This document shows, piece by piece, positions 24,797 through 35,961 of a DNA stretch of 64,000 bases (position 1 is the stretch's first letter; every line of letters starts with the position of its first letter). The translations under genes were made by a program, and so were the position numbers. The stretch spans positions 3,912 through 67,911 of the forward strand of contig JAUCBJ010006667.1 in NCBI GenBank assembly GCA_032718475.1, in the 5' to 3' direction. This DNA is from Nemertoderma westbladi (taxonomy: Eukaryota > Animalia > Xenacoelomorpha). The notes below the pieces were generated by a model. It searched no databases. It was given only the letters and a program-made list of their open reading frames with translations, and had not been told where the DNA came from.

Positions 24797-25714
24797 GATT
24801 CCCCGTACTTAGTTCCAATTTAAGCCTCATGCGAATTTAGTTCCAATGGAAACTAATTTAGTTCCAATTTTGGCGAATTTGGTTCCAATTTGGGCGAACT
24901 TAGTTCCAATGCAAGCGAATTTAGTTCCAATGGAAGCGAATTTAGTTTCAATGGAAGCGAATTTAGTTCCAATGGAAGCGAATTTAGTTCTAATGTTTCA
25001 GGTGTGGGGCGAGCCACGTAGTTGGCGAAGAAAGTGTTTAATAACACTATTAGGTGGATGGTTAAATAATAATTGTAAATAACAACCCAAACTACGCCCA
25101 ACCTCCTAACCAAAACAACCTTATCCCAAACAACGCCCAACCTCTTAACCCAAACAATTCAATTAAATTCATTTATATTTAATCATTTAAAATGATACTC
25201 ATTGTAAAAAACAACGCCCAAGCTCTTAACCCAAATTACGCCCAACCTCCTAACCCAAACAACGCTCATCCCCTAAACCGAAACAACTGGTAATAATATT
25301 GTATTATGTGTGAAAATGGCACAATGTGCATGACTTGAGTATATAATACTACAGACTTAGTCACTCAGTATCAGTATGCTCTCCATTAATATATATTTCA
25401 AAGTGTGTAATTATACATTTAATTCATTAACAACTTTTACGTTTACGTTTTACTTTTACAATTATTTGCAATTATTGTTGACCCTGACCCACCCCAAATA
25501 GTGGCAATACGCAATAGGCTTCGCCTATTACGTGGCTATCCCCACGATTGAAACATTGGTACTAAATTCGTACCCATTGGAACTAAATTCGCTTCCATTG
25601 GAACTAAGTTCGTACCCATTGGAACTAAATTCGCATGCATTGGAACTAAATTCGCATCCATTGGAACTAAATTCGCCTTTGAAAATGTGCGATTGGAACT
25701 AAGTTCGTGCTACC
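24797..25714. mobile_element. Foldback/MULE-like element with arms built from 21-bp tandem repeats
   Basis: (gcgaatttagttccaatggaa)n at 24830-24990 and its reverse complement at 25555-25705. Flanked by the 9-bp direct repeat attaggtaa (24788-24796 / 25715-25723). An inner inverted pair gtggggcgagccacgta / tacgtggctatccccac spans about 25004-25546. Confidence 0.75.
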
Positions 25715-26144
25715 ATTAGGTAATATAATAATGATAAGGCATTGATGCCTAACGCAGTAGTCAAGTCAGGTAGTGCAGTGCAATGCACATACTGAATAAT
25801 TCACTACATTACTGGATCAGTACCAGAGTACTGCAGTACTGAAATAGACGAAGTGCACTGGCTGGCACTTAGAATTTTCGGCTGTCAAATTGGCCATTTT
25901 TGTAAATACCACAATTTTATAAACCGGTCGTTAAAAACGGGTCGATTGGGATTTGCGTCGAGTTTCCCCCCCTGTCTCTGAGTTTGATACAAATTAATTA
26001 TGTATTGCATGATAAATAATGTAGAACATTATCTTCACAATACTCGACATATTTTATTTACCGAGCGTAGCGACGTTGCAGTATCAATAATGTAACATAG
26101 ATTGTGTGTAGGCCTGGCCTACTTGTGTAGGCCTACACATTAAT

Positions 26145-26528
26145 TAGTGTTTAAACGGGATCAGACTTTTCGGGATTTCCGGGATCGTCATTATCACTGA
26201 CGGGATCGGGATTGCAATTTTGTATTAAATTTTCTTAAAGTTCATACTATATGTGGCGGGTTTTGGGTAACACTCTCTTTATCTTACACTGCTGCAATAT
26301 TAGTAAGATAAAGTTATATTAAAATTATCTTACAAGTGATTACTGGATGGTTTACTGACATATAAATTCGATATAATCAAAACATTTCCGTTCTGCAGGA
26401 AATATTTATCGCCTATTCATAAAATTTACTTCACTTGTTATACTTCGGGATCCCGGTCCAAAAACCAAGGGGACCGGGATTGCATTTTTCACCGGGATCC
26501 CGGTTTTAAGGGGTCCGTTTAAACACTA
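26145..26528. mobile_element. hAT-like MITE
   Basis: TIRs tagtgtttaaacgg / ccgtttaaacacta with repeated subterminal cgggat motifs. No TSD seen. Confidence 0.6.
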
Positions 26529-26796
26529 ACTGCACATACAAGTAAGTGTTAGAAAAATTACCGTGTTTGTTGCAAAGATTACACTATTGGAGACGGGGCC
26601 AGTTCTTGGGTCTCTCTGCATAAGTAGTAAAGGGCTCATCATACACCATGTTCTGGAATATAGTGTGGTAATTCAGTGACATGCCCCCACCACAAAATCT
26701 TTCCACAAATCTTTATGAAATTACATAAAATTTGGAAGAGTTAATTTGCCCTTCCTCCTCCATAGATGGAATTTTTTTTTCCATCTTTAACTACAG

Positions 26797-26834
26797 CATG
26801 GAATGCTATATAGATCTCTATATAGCATTCCATG
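26797..26834. mobile_element. 38-bp perfect-hairpin mini-element
   Basis: catggaatgctatataga-tc-tctatatagcattccatg, flanked by the 7-bp direct repeat actacag (26790-26796 / 26835-26841). Confidence 0.7.
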
Positions 26835-27238
26835 ACTACAGTCATCTTTATTCAATATAATAAATGGCCTACAGCGGAAGCAAATACATGCAACATTTGA
26901 TTGCCAATTTCTCAGCTATTTCGAAACCAAATTCAAATGTTTGTCGCGGTTAACTAGATTATAGATAATTTTACAACGGTAAAATTTGGACAAAAATTAC
27001 TTGGAGGACGAACTACCCAAACGAAGTGCTGAAACGTGTGAAACTGAGTTTTATGATGTACGTGTTGATAGTGAGTTAATGAAACCCACAAGCGACCGAT
27101 AAAATAAAATCATTAATTTAATTCCAATGTAATGGAAATATATTATTACTTTATATTAATAATTCCACAGGATTATTAAACTACCTGGTACAGATAAACT
27201 GAGTTCAACCCCCAGCAACCCCGCCAGTTCTACCGAGA

Positions 27239-27844
27239 TCACCGTTTCCCCTTCTTCTTCTTTCCCCGGACGGGTTTCCCTCGCGTTGTTTTCTTCTTTG
27301 GGGGCAGAATAATTCCGTCGTATTTCGTCTGGAACCATTTCATTGAGTCGTCTTTCACCACCTTCTGATGCAGACCAACGCGGCTCTTGGTATGCCGTCG
27401 CTTGGCAACCCGGAACCCGGCCCGACCCATTACAACGTAGAAGTCGAGACCGTAAATCCCGATCGAGGGGTCGTACTTCAGTCCGAGATCGATGTGCTCC
27501 TGAACACCAAACCCGAAGTGTCCGGTGTCCGAGAAGTTATCCTTCCGGAGCTCGTACTCACGGACTTTCAACCCTTTCTCGAGAATTTCCTCCGCTTTCG
27601 CGCCCCGTACTGTGCAATGTACGGCGATTTTCTCGTTTCTACGGATACCGAAGGATCGTATCGTGTATCTCGCCTTAGAGAACACCGGCGCTTGTCCCGT
27701 TAGCTGCTCCAACACTTTCGCCGCCCGAGTCAGCCGATCTCCGCTCTCCCCAACACAAATATTTAGACAGAGTTTCTGGATTTTCAGATCGCGCATCGGA
27801 TTTTCTTTTTTAGTTTGTTCCGCAGTTGCGGGTGTGGCGGCCAT
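27239..27844 (-). CDS. RPL11: 60S ribosomal protein L11 (uL5), uninterrupted ORF with a Lys-rich C-terminal extension
   Basis: [36 protein letters not shown]...[23 protein letters not shown]...WFQ.KYDGII. Confidence 0.98.
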   Translation of the reverse strand: MAATPATAEQTKKENPMRDLKIQKLCLNICVGESGDRLTRAAKVLEQLTGQAPVFSKARYTIRSFGIRRNEKIAVHCTVRGAKAEEILEKGLKVREYELRKDNFSDTGHFGFGVQEHIDLGLKYDPSIGIYGLDFYVVMGRAGFRVAKRRHTKSRVGLHQKVVKDDSMKWFQTKYDGIILPPKKKTTRGKPVRGKKKKGKR

Positions 27845-28289
27845 CTTTATGTACTTCTACAGTACTGCAGTAGTTAGTGCAGCAGTGCTGTTTATTCAGG
27901 TAGCAGGTTAGTAAAGTCGCGTCCTAAATTAATGTAGGCCTATTCAACACTCAACACACTGCTACACTCTGGCTGTTTGGTGTATATGGTATAATTCAGT
28001 AATACAGTAATTAATAGCAGAATATCTCAAATTACTGAATTAACCGAGAACCGGTACAGGGTAAACTAACTAAACTAAACTGTCTGACTGTGCTACTGAA
28101 CACACAAAGTGCAAAGCTGGGGGGGGGCCTCCCATATGCAAATCCATGTACAGTCTGAATCTGTAACTGCAAGTTAGTAGTAAATGTGGCTGGCCACGAG
28201 AAAAGGGACCTTATGTCACCGGAGGTCGATTTTGAGTTATTAGGCCTATGAGATGCAGAATTTTCCATAGATTCTAACAACAAAAAAAC

Positions 28290-29215
28290 GGGTAAATCTT
28301 TTCGAACTACGCGTAGGCCTACGCGTAGCTACGCGTAGCTACGCGTAGTTCGCAACATTGGGTCATATATCACCAGTTTCAGAGTTTTAACATTAACTAC
28401 GCGTAGGTGCTACGCGTAGGTCCTACGCGTAGCTACGCGTAGGTCCTACGCGACCTACGCGTAGGTGCTACGTATAACTACGCGTAAGTGCTACCCATAA
28501 CTATGCGCATACGTCGTTTATCATTAGTAGGCCTAGGCCTACGTATTCCAAGCGAGTCAGTACTAAAATAAGACAATACGGTATGTTCAATAAACAACCC
28601 ACAACCATCAAAATGCTTTCAACAGTAATGTATCCTATACCTGTATACTCGTAGTGGCATACGCTAAGACTACATATTCTTCACTTCATGCGTTGCGGGC
28701 GCTAACATGTGTTAATAATGTTTAGAGTTCAAAAATAGTTTACAAAGGAAATAGGCCGATGGTTCTTATCGATTCTCTATGCTTTTTATTGCCTTTGTTC
28801 ACGATAGGGCAAGGATATAAGAGCCGAATATTATTTATTACCAGTGCTGTATGTAGAGATATGATTTTCCGATTCTGTTATTCCATTTGTCTGATAATCA
28901 GATACCTGACATACCGATACTTGCCTAACAACTCAACCCTACCGGACCTGAAATGAAAAATCATTGTGATCAGGACTGCTACGCGTAGCACCTACGCGTA
29001 GCTACGCGTAGCACCTACGCGTAGTTTCAAAATACCTACGCGTAGTTCCAAAATAACTACGCGTAGTTTTAAAACACCTACGCGTAGTTGATAAAAAGAC
29101 AGTAAGTCTGGCCCTACCGGTAAATGACAGGAATGGAAGTTACAAACTACGCGTAGCTACGCGTAGCTACGCGTAGCTACGCGTAGGCCTACGCGTAGGT
29201 CGAAAAGATTTACCC
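28290..29215. mobile_element. Foldback/MULE-like element rich in the palindromic unit ctacgcgtag
   Basis: TIRs gggtaaatcttttcga / tcgaaaagatttaccc, arms of repeated ctacgcgtag, and a perfect 9-bp TSD caaaaaaac (28281-28289 / 29216-29224). Confidence 0.88.
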
Positions 29216-30259
29216 CAAAAAAACGGTGTCTCAATATCTATTTCCAAAAATAACGTTATCGCGATTTATGTGAAGGTGAATCGGGTAGCTCTTTTCAAAA
29301 TAATTTTGTTACTAAAAAAAATGGAAAATTTGATTATTACAGCTACCTATTTAAAAATAGGTAGCTGTAATAATTTATTAATTCTGTTTACATTCAGTTG
29401 ATTATTGACAATGTGGGCCCTAGCCCTTGAAATATATTTATTTTATTATATTATAACAAGTTTAATAAAACTTAATTCTTATTTATAATTTTTTATGTTT
29501 TTTTTTATAACAATTTTTCACACACAATGCATGCAATACCGGTAACAAGAATAAAGATAACTTTTTTTCAAATTCAATATTTAGTTATTTTTATTATTAT
29601 TATTATTCATATTAATTTATAATATAATTGAATATCGAAGCACAAGCAAGGCGTACTATATACTGTACAAGGCCATGCCATCGAGTTAACTGGGGGCGGT
29701 GACTGGGGGCAAGATTTTATTTACAACAATTTGATGTTTTGATATGGGGAGAGTTCTATAAATTTTCATTTGCTGCAATTTGGTCAATGGACGTAATTGA
29801 AGCATCCTCATTATGTAAGATACAAAATTTTATGGTAGCTAGTGTTTTAGGTAGGTTTAGCTAGTAATTTCGACACCTTTAACATCCTTCTATATAGTAC
29901 GCCTTGAGCACAAGATGATTAGGCCCTACAGTTATGTTGTGTTACATGGGATCCAAGTCGTACTCTACAGTTTCTATGCTGTCTCGTCAGCACTCATCGG
30001 GGAAGAAAAAAGATAACTAAATATTTTTAAGTATAGTTAATGGGTTAAATTATGCGTGAATGGTGGCTGACACAGGAAATCCTATTATTTCAACTATCAT
30101 ACACATACAAACATAAACACACTACGACTACGTTACAACTAATTAGAAATACTGTATATTATTAGGAAAATGTAAGTACTGTACTAAGAAAAAATGTAGG
30201 CTTAATAGTTGATTGGGCAATAAAATAAAACAAAGTATCAGTTTTATTAATTAGGGTTG

Positions 30260-30520
30260 AGAATGTAACTTTTTAACCTACTTTTAAAACTACCTACTGT
30301 ATACTAATTGACTGGCGCACTGTAAGGGGTAAACTGTTCCATATTATTGGCGAGACGGAGTAAATACAGTAGATACAATTATGAAACCGAAAGCAATTTT
30401 GGGATTGGGCGTTTCTGGTTTGATGTTGCTGTATAGATGAAAGCGGTGAGAGGAGGCAGGGAAATAAACCAAAGGGGAAGTAAACCATTGACATACTGTA
30501 CTTGTAGCAGATCAACGAAA
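30260..30520 (-). mobile_element. CR1/L2-type LINE ORF2 3' remnant
   Basis: The translated fragment H.TR...SP.IWNSLPLTVRQS.SI resembles the C-terminal WNSLP motif of CR1/L2 ORF2. Confidence 0.55.
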
Positions 30521-32099
30521 TTTGAAATATAAAGATATTACAGTACCTATCGATAATGGTGCAAATGAAGGGTCACGTCGATTAATAATATTTTTGACTT
30601 TTTTTTGTTGCTTCTATGCAAACTTGTAATTCTTGTAATTTATAATTAAGGGGTATGGTAAACGCTACAGTACGTTCATTGTTTTGGTTCCTTATTTCAA
30701 TCCATCTCTGTAGTGGCGCAGCCAAGGGGGGGGGGGGGGGGGGGGTGGAGGGCTTTTCAGGTAGGGGGGATAGCGGACAGGACATCCACATCATATCATA
30801 TCTCCCCCACCCCCCCCCCCCCCCCCGGCACTTTTTATATTTGACAATTCAGGCATATAATTTTATCTTAGTAATTTCAGGTAACTCCTAACTCAGCTAT
30901 AGGAGCTGAATTACCATAGGGCCTATCATTGTTAATTCGTAATACGAAAATTATGGGGCGCCGTTGGTGCCAAAGGTTAATGAGATCTCGGCCCAGATCT
31001 CGGACCGAGAATTTTCAATGGCTTTTGGCACAAACGGCGTCCCATAGAAAATCCCGATAAGGGATTTTCGTGTCAATAAGTTTCCGTCTCCTTGTCTCAA
31101 ACATTGGGAGTTAGTGTGGCGACCTCACCGCCTTAGATATAATAGCAAAGAGAAAGAGCCTTCTGATACGACATGTCCTGGAATTTAGTATCTTCAGTAA
31201 CCCCCCCCCCCCCCACACACACACACATACACCCCAATTTAGACGTATCTTAATGAAATTTGATGAAATTTGAAACAGGACGTAGTTTTCACCTCCCGCC
31301 CACTTACTGGCTGAAGGAATGGTTACGGAATACGGCAACTGCAATTCTGCACGACTGGCGCAAATATCGACGGAGACACCGTTCTCAAAGGCTATACAGC
31401 GAATATAAATAATTCTGAAATACCTGAATAAAGCAAGGCAATGCATTCAGGAACATGGTGTGTACAGTATTTCGAAGATAATCGATCGCTATGCAGGACT
31501 TATATTTTTTGGTCGTCCCCACACTTTCGGGAACGTGGCTCTGGCCCCCTGCATCTCCGTAACCTGCTACTTTAATAACCACCTTATAAGTAGGTGTAGG
31601 CATAGCGTTACCCCATTATTAATAAAATTGCATTTTATATATCACCGGCGTCCCAGGCATATCTGAATAGAATACATAATAACGAATACCATTAATGCAC
31701 TGGCTGCTCATATAGACACTGTCTTGGTATATGTGCTAGGAAGCGTGCCTGGGGGGTGTGCGCTGAGCACACTGTTAACATTTTTTGGTCTCTCTGTGCT
31801 GTACACGCAGTGGTGTAGCTCGGATGGTGTAGCAGGTAGCTCAGGTAAATTGGCATTCAGTAAGTGCACGTGATTTCATGCTTATCTAATTATATCTAAA
31901 ATATAAAATTTTATACTCCACAATGATTTATTAGAAATGATTATTCCGAATATAAAGTAATAATGGAATATTTTAGTTAAAATAAAATAGGAAAAAAATA
32001 AATATATTATTATAATAGTTGTTATTGAAGAAATCATACAGACTTACTATTATGTATGTAAAGATGGGTTTATAAATGAACATGCATTTAAATGAACGT

Positions 32100-32121
32100 A
32101 AGACCATACTTTTAGGGATCA
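32100..32121 (+). ncRNA. U3: U3 snoRNA gene, 5' part (GAC box, box A' and start of box A), interrupted by LTR element 1
   Basis: aagaccatacttttagggatca matches the conserved U3 5' end (human AAGACTATACTTTCAGGGATCA). It continues with tttctatagt after the element. Confidence 0.88.
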
Positions 32122-32665
32122 TGTGACCGTAGCCCAGCCATCCCGGCCATAAGAACCATTATATGGGTAGGGGCTTCAATTTCCAATATTCCCTCATCTC
32201 TCTTTCGTCCCCATTTAACTACCCACAATACCAATAGTTCTACCATTTCGGCCGCTTCACCTATTACAGCATTGGCACCGGCCCTTACAGTAGGTGTAGC
32301 GTAGCCATGGTATTACTGTGTCATGATTGGGTGCTATTTATAGGTGTATATCATACCGCGCTCTGTGAGTGGCTGTTGTCTCCCATTCGCTAACGGTTCT
32401 ACTGCCAGAACCTATAAGGCAGGGCGTTTCTCAACCTCTGCATTATTCCTTCTGCAGTGTACCTGACAGCGTGCCATTGCTTCTACCGTAGTTTCTGCCT
32501 TTTCAGACATTCAACAACAGTCACTCACAGACCGGCCCATAAAACTCACTTGTGCATAACAACATTATTCTAAGATCTATTCAACTTTATTATCATGGGT
32601 TCGGGAAGGGCGGGAGCTACGCGTTATTAGCGGCTCACAGGTTCATCAGCCAGCAGTGGGGAATA
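32122..32665 (+). repeat. 5' LTR of element 1 (544 bp, TG...TA)
   Basis: Direct repeat of 42989-43529; about 6 substitutions and one 3-bp indel by eye. TATA-like cctataag at about 32411. Confidence 0.95.
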
Positions 32666-32981
32666 AAAGTAGAAGCATTGTCCGGATAGGGCTGCTAAAA
32701 ACTGCTTCTTCAACATCTCTAGGCACCCAGCTAGGTAAAAGTAAAAGGAGCGATCAACGACAGAACTGTAAGTGCGTACCGGTCCGGTCACCAGTAATTA
32801 CGGTAAAAAAAAAACGTTGTCGTTGTAGTAGGGTAGGCCTACGATCTGTTGCCTAGCCCTACGGCAGTACGCGGTCAGCAATTACAACAGCTTACAGCCA
32901 GCATACCGGTCACCGGTGCGGTACCCTGCCCAACGCCTCCGCGCTAAGTACCTACGCTAGCTACGCTGTCCCGCAGCGATA

Positions 32982-35934
32982 ATGAGTACCGGTATCCCAG
33001 GAGAAACCCGGCGGGGCACAGCCAGTACGGTAGGCCCCGAACATTCGTCCCACTTAGACGGGACTCCAACCGGCTCAGCAGACAGCCAGTTCAAGGGATG
33101 GTCAGACTCATCCCACGCGGATCAACCCGGCTCCCAGGGGGCCATTGGAGGAGACCCGCAACCCGAGGTATGTTCTGACTCGGCGGTTTTACCGGAGTCA
33201 GTCAATGTACCTGATACCAACCGAACATCCACGGTTCCAGGGCGCATCGGTTCAGCGGTGAACTCGCGCACTGGACCGGTACTGCCAACTACAACAGGGC
33301 AACACCCAGTTCGGCCGAGGACACCGAGCCCTGATGGGGGGAGCCCGCAGCATTCCGATTCAGACGACAGACGTGCTCCTGCGGGTGCCACCGCGGGGGC
33401 AGCGACGGTCGAGGACGCGGTCGTTCGATTGCAGCCGCGGGGAGCACGGAGCGATACTCGAACTGGATCACCCGTTAAACCCGCCCGCGCCCGACGCCTA
33501 ACGCGATCTACGATCGAGAAGGGGACCCTTCCTTCTAGGGATACAGGTGAGGTCGAGAAACTGGAGCGGAAATACAGACGCGCTAGGGACCGTATGGAGG
33601 ATGGGGTCAAGGCGGGTACGTTAAACTTCAACATTGACGAGGCCGTCGAGCAGGTAAACTTGTACATAGAGCACCTCAATAAATATCAGCAGGAGGTGGC
33701 AAGTGACCAAATAACGGACCATATAGCCAACTTACTTACTGTACTGTATATTACGCATAAACTGGTAGGTATATACAGGGTTGGTAAGGTTGTAGTAGGT
33801 GAAGCCGCGACAGCTGTCGCCAAAAATTGGGATAGTGTACCACTGGGGGGAGAGATGAGGGAGGCGGAAGCAGAGCTCCTACCCAGTGATTCAGTTTCCC
33901 AGGTTGAGTCCAATCGGGGGACTTTTATTTCGAGCCAAGTTCGCTCAAACTACATGTCGGTAGCTTCATCTAGGGGGGTAAGGGAGGAAGAACTACATGC
34001 CCAGTTCCTTATAGAACAACGGGAACTGGAGGGTGAACTCCTAGAACAGGAGTTAGAGAGGGAAGAGAAGGCTAGAAGGGTTAGGGCCCACAGGTTAGCG
34101 AAAAATAGGAAACAACAATTAGAGGCCCGACAGCAAAAACGGTTAGTTAGTCTATGAGCAGCCTCTGAGAATGGTAGTTCAGTGTCCCGCCCTACCCAGG
34201 TTAGTCAAAGTGTCTCAGTGCCGTGCGGTCTGGCGCAGGTTGCCGCAGCCCGCAAGCAAACAAATAATCGGGTTGAATTAAATAAACCCATAGAATTTAA
34301 TAATTTAAATCTATTAAATAAACAAACCCAACTCGTTGACATAGACCAGACAGCAGGCCGTCGGCTGACATACCTTGTACAGCGGCAAGCCGTTCAGACA
34401 TCGGCCAGGTTACCCGCAACACAGGGGTTAGTACAGGGAGTCTCTGAAGGAGACAGTATAAGGCTGATGAGCCGAGATACTGATAATTGTATTAATTTAA
34501 ATGGAAATTTAAATAACAATTTAACACCAAATATTGATTTATTGCAATATAATGCAAATTCTAATAAAAACGCAAATATAATTGCACCAATAATAATACA
34601 AAGTAATGTGGAGGCACCAGTCCTGTCTAATAACATAGACAGTGACTCACACCAACCCACACATAACACAGACGACATTGCAGTGCCGCCAAAGCGGCAG
34701 TAGGTTGTACTGTGGTAATCAAATCGCTTCACACGAAGAGTCGGATCGGGAGGAGCGATTGCGAGACTCGGGAGATCGCACGTCGGTTCGAGTCAGTAGC
34801 AAAGTGGAGGAAGTCTACTACGACGGATGTCCGGGGGCAAGAACTGGCCAACTTACGCAATCTGGCGAGTCTGAGCGGGCGACGAGGGCTCAGGAGGATC
34901 GCTCTTCGGATGAACTCGTCGATCCGTTATGTAGGCTAGGCCAGCCAGCTACTGTAGGCTATCAGTCAGTAGACCAGCAAGAACAAGCTACAGTAGTGCC
35001 GGACATAGATAAACAAACAACCCTAAACCCCAATGCGAGTGATTATAGACCGCCGAGAGTTCCAGAAGGGGGTCGACTTAATTTATCGGACGTTCGACAT
35101 GCAGACTCCACTGCGAATGTACCGGTACCGCGAGTACCCCTATGGAGGCCTAGGGATGATAATGTGTATTACAATAGTAATATAAGAGAATATTTACCAG
35201 TAACAGCAAGCCCTTCATACAACCCAACTTCATCAGGGACATACACCCAAAGGGGGTCTAATGAAACTATTCATAGCCCCGTAGGTCCACATTATGATAC
35301 TTTACCTAGGCTATCTTACCCCAGTAGGGAAACTGATAAACCTGCATATAATAATGTTGGGGGTAAGGACATGGCAAGGGGCCCAGGGGGCCTAGGAATG
35401 TATAGACCAAATATTGGTGAAGGGTCTTCCCATAGGGATGGTGTCCCATCAGGACCTGCCAGTGGCTCTATTGGACAGACTACTTCACTACCAACAATAC
35501 CAGAACATGTCAGCAGCACAGACCCTACAGGGGGAATGAGTGCAGTGGTGGATGCACTCAGGGTGCGTTTAGAATTGCCTCCCATCAAACCCTTTACATT
35601 TGATGTGACAAAGCCTGAAGAGTATGTACAATTCAGGAGCATGTTCAACGAGGAAGTCATGTCTAGGGGTCTAACTACAACTCGATGTCTAACTCATCTT
35701 CAGTCCTATGTAGAGGGAGAAGCTAGCGACATTGTTAGGCCATTTCTGGGCATGGAAGGAGGCTTCGCAGAGGCGTGGGCAGCCCTAGATAGTGAATATG
35801 GGCATCCTGCGCGTATTATTCGAAACACCATACGTACCTTAACTGCAAATACATCCTTGCAAAAGCCTAAAGAATTAAAGGCATTTGCTGCAAAGGTCAA
35901 AAAGGCTCTTATTGTGCTGCGCACATTGGGGTGA
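32982..35934 (+). pseudogene. Element 1 gag N-terminal region, interrupted
   Basis: ORFs 32982-34157 and 34182-34703 share a frame across a TGA. A frameshift leads into 34642-35934, which carries the Pao gag core (F....PEEY..F.SMF...LQSYVEGEA...L.SEYG.P). An in-frame TGA at 35932 precedes the pol ORF. Confidence 0.8.
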
Positions 35935-35961
35935 CCAGCCGAGCTTAGCTCCACGTCCAAT

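Noticed and set aside
27239-27844. RPL11 as a processed pseudogene
   Set aside because: The ORF is intact, there is no poly-A tail or TSD, and neighbouring genes are also intronless.
34155-35934. Programmed TGA readthrough or an alternative genetic code in element 1 gag
   Set aside because: Two in-frame TGAs plus a frameshift fit post-insertion decay (likely CGA>TGA), given about 1% LTR divergence. RPL11 uses TGA as an ordinary stop.
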